From: Hyphomicrobiales bacterium | Lineage (GTDB): Bacteria > Pseudomonadota > Alphaproteobacteria > Rhizobiales > CBDCVD01 | Length of the DNA stretch: 64,000 nt | Reading direction: 5' to 3' | Assembly (NCBI GenBank): GCA_965222955.1 | Contig: OZ244974.1 | Location: forward strand, 2,178,977-2,242,976 | Shown: piece after piece, positions 19,686 through 28,490 of the stretch | Layout of the letters: each line of letters opens with the position of its first letter | Numbering within the stretch: position 1 is the stretch's first letter | Made by a program: the position numbers and the translations under genes | The notes under the pieces: model-generated | Seen by the model: only the letters and a program-made list of their open reading frames with translations | Databases searched by the model: none | Told to the model about the DNA's origin: nothing

Positions 19686-21130
19686 CAGTGTGTCGGGTTT
19701 AAGGAGTTGTTTGTCAGTGTATCGGTCATGGATATGTGTTGGCGAGGGCTTTGCTGAACCTGCCTTAGCCGCTCAGCATGTTGCTCAGACGTTTGCAGTT
19801 GTACGCCAGCGCTACAAGACACCATTCCCGTGAAACCTTCTCAAGACCGCGAAGATGAAAATGCCTGAAACCAAGTACCGATTTGATTATGCCAAAAACA
19901 GGCTCAACGCTGCTCTTTCGTCTTTTGTATTTGTCTTTTGCCGACCGGGATCGAAATCTCTCCAGCATCTGTAAGCGCCACGGCTCTCTAACACGAGGCG
20001 GCGGCTTGCTGCGCGCCTTCGGCGGCCGGAAATCATAAGGGCGCCGTGCCTGTTCACGCTCTAACGCTATCAAAGGTTCAATGTCACGCTCATCAAGCGC
20101 CTCAACAACAGTCTTACCAGCATAACCCGTATCCGCTATAAGCGTCTCGGGCTTGCCAACACGCGCGCACAAGTCATCAACAAAGATATCCAAATCCTGA
20201 CGATCATTCGTCGTGGTAAGAACTTGCGTACCCAAAACCAATTGGCTGCCATCCGCATCCACAAAAGCTTGCGCATTATAAGCCTGACGGTATTCGTGGC
20301 GTGACGACCGGCGCATGATAGAACTGTCCGGATCGCTCAGATTAATCTGGTTCTCAGGACAAGGCCGTGGCGGATTGCCCCCATCATCCTGATCTTGCCC
20401 ATCACAACGCGCCGCCGCCTCAAGTTGTGCGGCTGCCACGTCCAACTTCGCCTTTAACGTTTGCCGCCGCGCTATCTCGTCGGGGAGAGACAAACCATCA
20501 TCCGTATCCTGTTCATCTGCCGCCTCGGCCCTGTCCATCAACGCCGCAATGTCCTCTGCAAGCTTCGCCCGTAACGCCTGGATACGATCATAACGTATCG
20601 ACTTGATCTTTGAAGCATTCGCATCAATCTGCGTGCCGTCGAGGGCGACCGTGCCCACCCTTAAAAGACCCATCTGTTTGGCCAGCAACAGGATATGCGT
20701 AAACGCCGCCTCAAAGGCAGGACCGTTGTCACGCCGGAACTTGGCGATCGTGTCATGGTCCGGATGGCTGTTGGCGGCGATAAAGCGGACAGAAACATTG
20801 CGATACGTTGCCTGCTCTATCTTGCGCGAGGAAAAAACACCAATGGCGTAACTATAAATCAACAGGGCCACCATCATGCGCGGATGATATTGTGCTTTTC
20901 CTGAGCCGGTGCGGCTGACGTGAAAGGCGTTCATATCTATGCGTTCGACGGCTTCCACGATAAAATGGGCCAAGTCGTCATCTGCCACCCAGTCTTTGAG
21001 ATCAGGAGGCAAAAGCAGCCGCTGAGAGCGGTCATAATTGCGAAAATTGTTCATACAAATCCGTAGCACAAATCCAAAAACCCCTGTATGCAAACTTAAC
21101 GAATAACCACAGCATAAATCCGACACACTG
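19686..21130 (-). mobile_element. IS1182-family insertion sequence, apparently intact (1445 bp)
   Basis: Terminal inverted repeats are CAGTGTGTCGGGTTTAAGG (19686->) and CAGTGTGTCGGATTTATG (reverse complement of ..21130). The first 11 nt are identical and about 15 of the first 17 match. Direct CTAG at 19682..19685 and 21131..21134 is consistent with a 4-bp target duplication. It carries a single transposase ORF. Confidence 0.85.
19765..21054 (-). CDS. IS1182-family (IS5-like DDE) transposase
   Basis: N-terminus MNNFRNYDRSQRLLLPPDLKDWVADDDLAHFIVEAVERIDM and C-terminal VEPVFGIIKSVLGFRHFHLRGLEKVSREWCLVALAYNCKRL are characteristic of IS1182-group transposases. An acidic coiled middle is present. 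Start set at ATG 21054. Confidence 0.85.
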   Translation of the reverse strand: MNNFRNYDRSQRLLLPPDLKDWVADDDLAHFIVEAVERIDMNAFHVSRTGSGKAQYHPRMMVALLIYSYAIGVFSSRKIEQATYRNVSVRFIAANSHPDHDTIAKFRRDNGPAFEAAFTHILLLAKQMGLLRVGTVALDGTQIDANASKIKSIRYDRIQALRAKLAEDIAALMDRAEAADEQDTDDGLSLPDEIARRQTLKAKLDVAAAQLEAAARCDGQDQDDGGNPPRPCPENQINLSDPDSSIMRRSSRHEYRQAYNAQAFVDADGSQLVLGTQVLTTTNDRQDLDIFVDDLCARVGKPETLIADTGYAGKTVVEALDERDIEPLIALEREQARRPYDFRPPKARSKPPPRVREPWRLQMLERFRSRSAKDKYKRRKSSVEPVFGIIKSVLGFRHFHLRGLEKVSREWCLVALAYNCKRLSNMLSG

Positions 21131-21162
21131 CTAGAAGTTTCACCTCAGATTTATCCGTCTTG

Positions 21163-21188
21163 TACACAACCTGCTGAAAAATCACACT
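21163..21188 (-). repeat. family E terminus fragment (E7)
   Basis: TACACAACCTGCTGAAAAATCACACT, a degenerate match to GAACAACCTG(C/T)TGAAAGATCACAT. Confidence 0.5.
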
Positions 21189-21352
21189 TGGCGATCTTGC
21201 GATCTGTACGGCAATTTGCGTCGAATCACTTCAGTGCTTATTTATACAGCCACTTAAGCAGCCACGGTTGTTGCAGGAAGGCCAATCGATGCGATCCTGC
21301 GCCGGCCCGAACCCGATGTCCAACAAACAGGACAAGAAAGCGAATACGACTT

Positions 21353-21976
21353 ATGATTTCCATGATACGCGATCTTTTCGACCGCCCGCGTGGTCGGCGA
21401 AGGCGTGCCATACCGACGCTGAATGATCGCATAATCATCATTCTACTCGCTCTTGTGCCGCTGGGCGCATGCGTCGCCCCGAGGCCCGGCGCCGGTGGCG
21501 CTTTTTCCTACGATACCAACGCCTGGCGGCAAGAGCGCATGGCGAACGGCGATCCTGCGTTTGTTTGCGATCCCGGTGTTTGCGGAGAGCCGGTGCGGGT
21601 CGAGACCTATGTGGAAGACCTCTCCCAGGCCGCCGCCCTGCAAAGCTCCCAACAGGGGCTGGAATTCGTCCAGGCCTATCTGCCGCAATTCAGCCGGCAG
21701 TTCGTAGCCGATTATACCCGCAATGGATTTCGCGTCGATCGCGTGATCGGCCCCCGCCAGACCCGTTTTCGCCAATCGCCGGCCTTCTATTGGCGTTTCG
21801 AACTCACCCACACCGATACCGGCAAGCACTTTAAGGACACGACAGCCGTTGTCGTCCTGCCCGGCAAAATGCTGGGCGTTACCGCGCATGCGTCGCGCTT
21901 TTCCGTCTCCGATAAATACATGCGGCAATTCATCAACGGCTATCACGGCATACTGATGCCCGCTGGAGACACATGA
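21353..21976 (+). CDS. hypothetical lipoprotein, translationally coupled to purQ
   Basis: Start at ATG 21353 (MISMIRDLFDRPRGRRRRA..IIIILLALVPLGAC, with lipobox LGAC). I recognise no family. Its stop overlaps the purQ start (ATGA at 21973..21976). Confidence 0.55.
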   Translation: MISMIRDLFDRPRGRRRRAIPTLNDRIIIILLALVPLGACVAPRPGAGGAFSYDTNAWRQERMANGDPAFVCDPGVCGEPVRVETYVEDLSQAAALQSSQQGLEFVQAYLPQFSRQFVADYTRNGFRVDRVIGPRQTRFRQSPAFYWRFELTHTDTGKHFKDTTAVVVLPGKMLGVTAHASRFSVSDKYMRQFINGYHGILMPAGDT

Positions 21977-22656
21977 AGAGCTGCGTTATTGTCTTTCCCG
22001 GCTCCAATCGCGAGGACGATGCGATACGCGCCATCGCAGGTACCGGCGCCCGCGCCCCCCTGCCCGTCTGGCATGCGGATACGCACCTGCCCCGGTGCGA
22101 TCTGGTTGTCCTGCCCGGCGGGTTTTCCTATGGCGACTATTTGCGCCCCGGCGCCATCGCCGCGCGCGCGCCCATTATGCGCGCTATCGCCGATCATGCC
22201 GCTCAGGGCCGCCTGCTTTTGGGGATCTGTAACGGTTTTCAGATTTTGACCGAGTGCGGGCTGCTTCCCGGCGTATTGCAGCGCAATCGCGCCCTGCGTT
22301 TTATCTGCAAACAGGCACATGTACGCGTGTGCCGCACCGATACGCCCTTTACCCATCGCTATCGCAATGACCAGGTGATGCGGGTGCCCATCGCCCATCA
22401 CGATGGCAATTACTTCGCCGATGCCGATACCCTGGCGCGCCTTGAGGACGAGGCCGGTGTTGTCCTTCGCTATTGCAACACCGATGGCCAGGTGACCGCC
22501 GCTGCCAACCCGAACGGCTCGCGCAACAATATCGCCGGAATTATCAACAAGAACGCCAACATACTCGGGCTGATGCCCCACGCCGAGAACGCCGTCGACC
22601 ATCGCCACGGCGGCACCGACGGCCAGGCCCTGTTCGCCGCGTTGTACCAGCGCTAG
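21973..22656 (+). CDS. purQ: phosphoribosylformylglycinamidine synthase subunit PurQ (glutaminase)
   Basis: 227 aa. VIVFPGSNRE, LPGGFSYGDYLR, GICNGFQIL (catalytic Cys), MPHAENA. The TAG stop is part of the CTAG that opens hairpin A2. Confidence 0.95.
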   Translation: MKSCVIVFPGSNREDDAIRAIAGTGARAPLPVWHADTHLPRCDLVVLPGGFSYGDYLRPGAIAARAPIMRAIADHAAQGRLLLGICNGFQILTECGLLPGVLQRNRALRFICKQAHVRVCRTDTPFTHRYRNDQVMRVPIAHHDGNYFADADTLARLEDEAGVVLRYCNTDGQVTAAANPNGSRNNIAGIINKNANILGLMPHAENAVDHRHGGTDGQALFAALYQR

Positions 22657-22714
22657 AGCGTGTCAGGTCTTAATAGAAACAGAATTGCTTCTATTAAGAC
22701 CTGACACGCTCTAT
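22653..22714. repeat. family A hairpin repeat, copy A2
   Basis: CTAGAGCGTGTCAGGTCTTAATAGAAACAGAATTGCTTCTATTAAGACCTGACACGCTCTAT, with ~25-bp arms. Confidence 0.9.
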
Positions 22715-22772
22715 ATGTGTAGTTTCAACAGGTTGTTCCCGAAAAACCCATCGGGTGCTGCTGGCCATCCCC
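22715..22772 (+). repeat. family E repeat, half element (E8)
   Basis: ATGTGTAGTTTCAACAGGTTGTTCCCGAAAAACCCATCGGGTGCTGCTGGCCATCC. It directly abuts A2. Confidence 0.75.
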
Positions 22773-23003
22773 CACGAAACAGTTTCTTTACCATAGCGAT
22801 TTACACTGCCTTCACCGTAAACCGGTTTTGGCCGGTTTTGGCGTTTGTAATACCAACGGCTCTTATGGTTGACTCATAAAGCCGTTGGCAAGGCCGACTG
22901 GCCGCCGCGCCTTATGGCGCGTAAGCCTTAGTGGCGTTTGAACGATAACGGTCATTCTTTATGACCGTTAGTATAAGTCAGTTGTGTTTTGTTGGAGTAG
23001 TTT

Positions 23004-23753
23004 ATGCGTGCGCTTGCTGTTATCGTACCTCTTGTGGGAGCCTTGGCGGTTTCCGGGTGTATGAAGACCGGACTTGGCGGATTTCCCTGGATTGGCGGGC
23101 AGGTCTCGCAAGACTACAAACGCGCATCGCACACAACAACGCACAATTCGCGCAAGGTCGCCAACCAGGTCACCCATGACTTCGTTCGCATGAAGCGCCG
23201 CCTCTCCCACGAGTACGATAAACTCACCGATCGCGTCAACGACACCTGGGATGCCCATTCCATTGATGCCGCGCGCGAGGCGATGGAGGACGATCGTATT
23301 CCCTACAACGAATACGTCGTCGCCCGCCTGAACATGCGCAACCAGCCCCCAAGCATCGCCATGCCCGGCATAACCAACTCCGCCTTTAGCCCACAAGCGC
23401 TATCGGAGGCGCCGGGGCCACGCGAGGTGATTGCGGTTAATAACCTCACCCTGATGCGTCACGATATCATGGCCCAGCATGTCGCCCGCTACGCGCAGCA
23501 ATGCTGGAGCCAGGACGCCGATTTCGCCAGCCGCTACCGCTTTAGCGGCCTTGAAGATTCACCGAGCGGCACGCAAAAGCTGTATTTTGTCGATCAGTCC
23601 GATGCCCCCGCCCTGACCCTGTATGTCAATCATGGAACGGTGATGATGGGCTATGTGATCAGCGCCAGCGGCCGCTACGACTTCGAAGCACTGGCCGCCA
23701 AGGTGCACGCCGCCGAATACGCCCTGAAAAACCGCATCTATGACTGCGCCTGA
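23004..23753 (+). CDS. hypothetical lipoprotein
   Basis: MRALAVIVPLVGALAVSGC (signal peptide plus lipobox). 249 aa, no family recognised. GC-rich third-position codon pattern. Confidence 0.6.
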   Translation: MRALAVIVPLVGALAVSGCMKTGLGGFPWIGGQVSQDYKRASHTTTHNSRKVANQVTHDFVRMKRRLSHEYDKLTDRVNDTWDAHSIDAAREAMEDDRIPYNEYVVARLNMRNQPPSIAMPGITNSAFSPQALSEAPGPREVIAVNNLTLMRHDIMAQHVARYAQQCWSQDADFASRYRFSGLEDSPSGTQKLYFVDQSDAPALTLYVNHGTVMMGYVISASGRYDFEALAAKVHAAEYALKNRIYDCA

Positions 23754-23756
23754 GTT

Positions 23757-23817
23757 CTGGAGCGTGTCAGGTCTTCACAGAACCAATTCTGTTTATATTA
23801 AGACCTGACACGCTCTC
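23757..23817. repeat. family A hairpin repeat, copy A3 (divergent loop)
   Basis: CTGGAGCGTGTCAGGTCTTCACAGAACCAATTCTGTTTATATTAAGACCTGACACGCTCTCG. Confidence 0.85.
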
Positions 23818-23842
23818 GTTACAATTGGGAACGCGACAGGCC

Positions 23843-24118
23843 ATGAAATATCATATGATCCTGCGATCCTGGCGGATACCCCGTGCACACCGGTGCTGTC
23901 GCCGGCCGTTCAGCAAGCACTGCTGGCGCGCTGGCGCCCTGCTTGGTGTGTATATCGCCGCTCTGGCTGTACCCGGCGGCTGCGCGAGCATTTATCCGGG
24001 AAAGGACCCCCTCGCCGAGACCGACGCCGACTATATCACCGTCCGGGAGTACGAGGCACAAAGGCATATATACCGCAAGAACCGTATGGAACCCGCGAAC
24101 AAAAGGGATGCCGAATAG
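23843..24118 (+). CDS. small hypothetical (possible lipo)protein
   Basis: 91-aa reading with a hydrophobic segment ending ..ALAVPGGC ASIYPGKDP. Third-position GC bias favours this frame over the overlapping ORFs 23883..24245 and 23819..24142(-). Start uncertain. Confidence 0.4.
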   Translation: MKYHMILRSWRIPRAHRCCRRPFSKHCWRAGALLGVYIAALAVPGGCASIYPGKDPLAETDADYITVREYEAQRHIYRKNRMEPANKRDAE

Positions 24119-24205
24119 ACGACGGCGCATCGACCGGCGCACAAGATTTCAACAGTTGCGGCAAAATGCGTTCACAAGCGCCCAAATGGGCGCTACAAGC
24201 CCTGC

Positions 24206-26455
24206 ATGTCCTACAATGAGCCAACGATCACCCCTGAGCTTGTAGCCGAACACGGTTTGAGCGATGACGATTATGCCAAAATCCTGAGCCTTCTGGGGCG
24301 CCCGCCGCGCTTTACCGAATTGGGCATCTTCTCCGCCATGTGGAACGAGCATTGTTCCTATAAGTCGTCGAAAAAATGGCTGCGCACCCTGCCTACGCAA
24401 GGTAGACGGGTGATCACGGGTCCGGGAGAGAACGCCGGCGTTATCGACATCGGCGACGGGCTGGCGGCGGTGTTCAAGATCGAGAGCCACAATCACCCCT
24501 CGTTTATTGAGCCCTATCAGGGCGCGGCGACTGGAGTCGGCGGCATCCTGCGCGATGTCTTTACCATGGGCGCGCGCCCCATCTGCGCCATGAATGCGTT
24601 GCGCTTTGGCGATCCCGATCACGAGAAAACACGTCACCTGCTGAACGGCGTCGTTGCCGGCATCGGCGGCTACGGGAATTCGTTTGGCGTACCGACCATC
24701 GCCGGCGAAATCGGCTTTGACAAGCGTTACAACGGGAATATCCTGGTCAATGCATTTGCCTGTGGGATCGCGCCCGCCAACAGGATATTCTATGCCAGGG
24801 CAAGCGGCGTTGGATTGCCGGTGGTCTATCTCGGCGCCAGGACGGGGCGCGACGGCATCCATGGCGCGACCATGGCGTCGGCTGAATTCACCGATGACGT
24901 GCACGCTATTGATGCGAAACGGCCAACGGTGCAGGTGGGCGATCCGTTTACCGAAAAGCGCCTGATGCAGGCCTGTCTGGAACTGATGCAGGCGGGCGCA
25001 GTAGTCGCCATTCAGGACATGGGAGCAGCCGGACTGACGTGCTCGGCGGTTGAGATGGGGGCCAAGGGCGATCTCGGAATCGCGCTTGATCTTGATCGCG
25101 TGCCGTGCCGCGAAGAGGCCATGAGCGCCTATGAAATGATGCTCTCGGAGAGCCAGGAGCGCATGTTGATGGTCCTTGATCCGGCCAGGCAACAGACCGC
25201 CGCCGGTATCATGGAAAAATGGGGGCTTGATTTTGCTGTCATTGGCGAGACCACCGATGATTTGCGCTTTCGTATCCAGCACGGGGGCGAGTGTGTCGCC
25301 GATCTGCCCATCAAGGCCCTTGGCGATCAGGCGCCGGAATATGACCGGCCCCATGTACCCACGCCGTCGCGCCCCGATGTAAAATCGCCCCAGGTACCCG
25401 AGCCGGACGATTTTGCCGGGGTGCTGGTCGCGATGATGGGTTCGCCGCATTTGTGTTCGCGCCGCTTTGTGTGGGAGCAGTACGATCACTATATTCTGTC
25501 CAACACTGTTCTGCCGCCGGGCGCCGATGCCGCCGTTGTGCGCATCGGCGACAGCAATCGCGGCCTGGCCTTTTGCGTCGACACAACACCGCGCTATTGC
25601 GCCGCTGATCCGTATCAGGGCGGCAGGCAGGCAGTGGCGGAGGTCTGGCGCAATCTCAACTGCGTGGGCGCGCAGCCCCTGGCGATCACCAATTGTCTTA
25701 ATTTCGGCAATCCGGAACGGCCCGAAATCATGGGCCAGTTGGTCGATTGTATCCGCGGCATCAGCGCCGCCTGTACAACCCTTGAGATGCCTGTCGTCTC
25801 GGGCAATGTATCCCTCTACAACGAGACCGAGGGCGTCGCCATTCCGCCGACGCCAACAATCGCCGGTGTGGGTCTGATCGCGGATCTGGACGTGATGGTC
25901 ACACCCGCCTTCAAACGGGCGGGCGATTCTCTCTATCTCGTGGGACGCGATACGGGCCTGCTCAATCAATCGCTCTACCTGCGCGATATCGCCGGTATCG
26001 AGGATAGCGCCGCGCCCGGCGTCGATCTTGAGCAGGAGAGGCGCAATGGCGACTTCGTGCGGTCCCTCATTGAGGCCCGCGCCATCAACGCCTGTCACGA
26101 TATTGCCGATGGCGGCCTTCTTGTCGCTGTAGCGGAGATGGCCCTTGCCGCCGGTATGGGGGCCACCCTTCGCCTCGATCCGGCCCCTGGGTATCGTCTT
26201 GCGGCATATTTTGGCGAAGCCCAGGGGCGCTATGTGATCGCCAGCGCCACTCCTCTTGAGGCACTTGCGGCTCAATATAACGCCCGATCGGAAGCCGATG
26301 GCGCCCCGTCAATCGATCTGATGCATATCGGTCGCGTGGGCGGCGAGATGCTTCTGGTGGATACGGTACTGGCGGTGGCCCTGGAGGTGCTTCGCCGCCC
26401 CCATGAGACCTGGCTTGCCGATTACGCCGATGGCGCCGGCGCCTCAAGGGACTAG
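24206..26455 (+). CDS. purL: phosphoribosylformylglycinamidine synthase subunit PurL
   Basis: 749 aa. [35 protein letters not shown] and duplicated AIR-synthase-like domains. The TAG stop is part of the CTAG that opens hairpin A4. Confidence 0.95.
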   Translation: MSYNEPTITPELVAEHGLSDDDYAKILSLLGRPPRFTELGIFSAMWNEHCSYKSSKKWLRTLPTQGRRVITGPGENAGVIDIGDGLAAVFKIESHNHPSFIEPYQGAATGVGGILRDVFTMGARPICAMNALRFGDPDHEKTRHLLNGVVAGIGGYGNSFGVPTIAGEIGFDKRYNGNILVNAFACGIAPANRIFYARASGVGLPVVYLGARTGRDGIHGATMASAEFTDDVHAIDAKRPTVQVGDPFTEKRLMQACLELMQAGAVVAIQDMGAAGLTCSAVEMGAKGDLGIALDLDRVPCREEAMSAYEMMLSESQERMLMVLDPARQQTAAGIMEKWGLDFAVIGETTDDLRFRIQHGGECVADLPIKALGDQAPEYDRPHVPTPSRPDVKSPQVPEPDDFAGVLVAMMGSPHLCSRRFVWEQYDHYILSNTVLPPGADAAVVRIGDSNRGLAFCVDTTPRYCAADPYQGGRQAVAEVWRNLNCVGAQPLAITNCLNFGNPERPEIMGQLVDCIRGISAACTTLEMPVVSGNVSLYNETEGVAIPPTPTIAGVGLIADLDVMVTPAFKRAGDSLYLVGRDTGLLNQSLYLRDIAGIEDSAAPGVDLEQERRNGDFVRSLIEARAINACHDIADGGLLVAVAEMALAAGMGATLRLDPAPGYRLAAYFGEAQGRYVIASATPLEALAAQYNARSEADGAPSIDLMHIGRVGGEMLLVDTVLAVALEVLRRPHETWLADYADGAGASRD

Positions 26456-26513
26456 AGCGTGTCAGGTCTTAATAGAAACAGAATTGCTTCTATTTAGACC
26501 TGACACACTCTGG
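26452..26513. repeat. family A hairpin repeat, copy A4
   Basis: CTAGAGCGTGTCAGGTCTTAATAGAAACAGAATTGCTTCTATTTAGACCTGACACACTCTGG. Confidence 0.9.
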
Positions 26514-26526
26514 AAAAGCCGCGGCA

Positions 26527-27141
26527 TCAAAACGGATTCCACGTCGGCGCCGACGTAAACTTCAAATATCCCAGATTAAATCCGGCGCGCATGCCAATCC
26601 CCGTTCTGATGGGAACAACGTATACAGGGCCGCGGCGCAGCGCCGTCATTCCAAAGCCGCCGACAAAGTACAACGAACCCTCAACCCCCCCATAGCGGCT
26701 GTATATGGCGTCCACCGAGGGCAGGTTATACACCAGCATCATGGTACGCGCGCCATCGGCTCCCATATCCAGACCCAGGGTGGGGCCCTGCCAGAACACC
26801 TTGTGATTGCCGGCGTTCTTGGTGTAAAGCACACCCTCACCGTAGCGCAACCCGCCGAAGAAGGCACCGCTTCCCTCCTCTCCAAGAAGATAGCCGTTTG
26901 GCAATCCATGGTTTGAGGCGGCGCGCTCCACCATGCTCGCCAGGGCGCTCGAGGTGGAGCCGAAAAACCTGTGCGCCGCATTCGTCAGTTCGTTTGTTGA
27001 ATAGGTCTGGTCTTGCGCCCTGGCGCCAGCCGCAAGCCCGCCGCTCAAAACAGTAGCCAGACCCAGTATGGCAATCAGATAGCACAAGCCGGATACTCGC
27101 GCCCCCCGCCTGATACTCCTGAACAACAAATCGAGGCGCAT
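26527..27141 (-). CDS. DUF1134 domain-containing secreted protein
   Basis: Signal peptide, then EGSGAFFGGLRYGEGVLYTKNAGNHKVFWQGPTLGLDMGADGARTMMLVYNL ... YLKFTSAPTWNPF, the pattern I associate with DUF1134. Start set at ATG 27141, preceded by GGAGAGAGAG. Confidence 0.65.
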   Translation of the reverse strand: MRLDLLFRSIRRGARVSGLCYLIAILGLATVLSGGLAAGARAQDQTYSTNELTNAAHRFFGSTSSALASMVERAASNHGLPNGYLLGEEGSGAFFGGLRYGEGVLYTKNAGNHKVFWQGPTLGLDMGADGARTMMLVYNLPSVDAIYSRYGGVEGSLYFVGGFGMTALRRGPVYVVPIRTGIGMRAGFNLGYLKFTSAPTWNPF

Positions 27142-27409
27142 CTCTCTCTCCATCCTTGCGCCAATCAGCAGAACGATCGGCGTTACACAACTATTGCGAT
27201 TATATTTCCGTTTACCAAAATTATCCGCACTTTCTTTACAGACTGTTAGGGATGTGAACACCAGCGCTTATTTGGAAAAGCAACGTTGTGTTATGGTTAA
27301 CCACCGGTGAAGAGCGAATGGCGAGGGTAATTGTGGCGCGAATCAGGTATGCAATCACGATAGGCAACGTCATCGGCTGGACCGCAGCAGATAAACGGGG
27401 AGAGAAACT

Positions 27410-28042
27410 ATGAGCGGAGAGCTTGGAACCCTGGAATTAAGCGCACTACTATGCTCACGTGTTTGCCACGACATCATCAGCCCCGTCGGCGCCGTCATCA
27501 ACGGCCTTGAGGTTCTGGAGGAGGACAACAGCGAGGAAATGCGCGCTTTTGCCGACGATCTTATCCGCAAAAGCGCCAACCAGGCCTCGGCCAAACTGCA
27601 GTTCGCCCGCCTCGCCTTTGGGGCGGCCGGCTCGGCAGGCGCCGAAATCGATACCCGTGATGCGCAAGCCGTCGCCGCCGCCTATGTGGGTAACGAGAAA
27701 ACCCGTCTGGAATGGAACATCGCGCCGCTCCTGATGGCCAAGAACAAGGTCAAACTCCTGCTCAATCTGATTATTATCGGCGGTCATACGATCCCGCGCG
27801 GTGGCACCATTGCGGTTTCCATGCAAGGGGATGCGCAAGGCCCCGCCTTTGTGCTGGCGTGCACGGGAACGGGGGCACGTATTCCCGATGACACCAAGGC
27901 GCTTCTTGCGGCAAAAGCGGATCCGGATACGATCGATGCCCATCGTGTACAGGCTTATTACACCGGCTTGCTGGCGCGTGCGAGCCACATGGAGATCGAT
28001 CTGACCCTGCACGATGAGTGCGTCACCATCAGCGCCCACTAG
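27410..28042 (+). CDS. chpT: histidine phosphotransferase ChpT (CtrA phosphorelay)
   Basis: 210 aa. LLCSRVCHDIISPVGAVINGLEVLEE (HisKA-like His box without a kinase ATP lid), typical of alphaproteobacterial ChpT. The TAG stop is part of the CTAG that opens A5. Confidence 0.85.
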   Translation: MSGELGTLELSALLCSRVCHDIISPVGAVINGLEVLEEDNSEEMRAFADDLIRKSANQASAKLQFARLAFGAAGSAGAEIDTRDAQAVAAAYVGNEKTRLEWNIAPLLMAKNKVKLLLNLIIIGGHTIPRGGTIAVSMQGDAQGPAFVLACTGTGARIPDDTKALLAAKADPDTIDAHRVQAYYTGLLARASHMEIDLTLHDECVTISAH

Positions 28043-28393
28043 AGCGTGTCAGGTCTTAATGGAAGCAATTCTGTTTCTCGATTGGCGAGGCGATACCCAC
28101 GCTCAAGGCGATCGAAGAGCGATGGCGACCCATCTCTCGAGAGCGGCTTGGGCGTGGGCGTCCGCCAATCGGAAACCCGAAGGGACGGGCGATTTTGCTA
28201 TAGATTTCAGGGCGATCAGCTTTATGCGTTTCGCATTACCCTTGGCAAAATGGGTACAGCGAAACGCATGCTGATCTAATATGAACCTTAAGTCTCTTGA
28301 AAATAGCCCCACTATATCCTGCGAGACTTAAGGCCCATCTTGTCGCAAAAGTGCTCCGTCAGAATGGTTCTATTAAGACCTGACACGCTCTAG
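28039..28393. repeat. family A hairpin (copy A5, long form) split by a ~285-bp nested insert of further palindromes
   Basis: The left arm at 28039..28078 (CTAGAGCGTGTCAGGTCTTAATGGAAGCAATTCTGTTTCTCG) and the right arm at 28362..28393 (GAATGGTTCTATTAAGACCTGACACGCTCTAG) are separated by three units. These are palindrome CGATTGGCGAGGCGATACCCACGC/GCGTGGGCGTCCGCCAATCG (28079..28171), family D copy D1 (28214..28276) and hairpin CCTTAAGTCTC/GAGACTTAAGG (28286..28333). Confidence 0.75.
28214..28276 (+). repeat. family D hairpin repeat, copy D1
   Basis: GATCAGCTTTATGCGTTTCGCATTACCCTTGGCAAAATGGGTACAGCGAAACGCATGCTGATC. The reverse complement of the 37303..37365 copy matches at most positions. Confidence 0.8.
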
Positions 28394-28490
28394 AGCCTTT
28401 CAGCAGGTTGCTCCCGGGACACGCAACCCTGAATGTATATCTCTTGCGCCCTTGCCGCCAGGGACGGCCGGCAGAAAGGCCATACCGGGG
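28394..28490 (+). repeat. family E repeat, half element (E9)
   Basis: AGCCTTTCAGCAGGTTGCTCCCGGGACACGCAACCC..CTCTTGCGCCCTTGCCGCCAGGGACGGCC..GGCCATACCGGGG. It directly abuts A5. Confidence 0.75.

Noticed and set aside
24149-26275. 708-aa ORF on the minus strand, the second-longest reading frame in this region
   Set aside because: It is entirely antisense to purL, whose translation carries all FGAM synthase II motifs. The antisense product is Arg/Gly/His/Ala-rich with no recognisable domain, which is the typical shadow ORF of a GC-rich gene.
27297-27311. TTAACCACCGGTGAA upstream of chpT, resembling a CtrA box (TTAA-N7-TTAA)
   Set aside because: One half-site is mismatched (TGAA), it is a single occurrence, and I have no way to score significance here. 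Worth a motif scan, but not supportable as a feature.
22653-28393. Possibility that the recurring ~60-bp hairpins form a CRISPR array
   Set aside because: The copies are kilobases apart and separated by conserved genes, not by 25-50-bp spacers. The repeats are long perfect palindromes bounded by CTAG, and there are no cas genes in the window.
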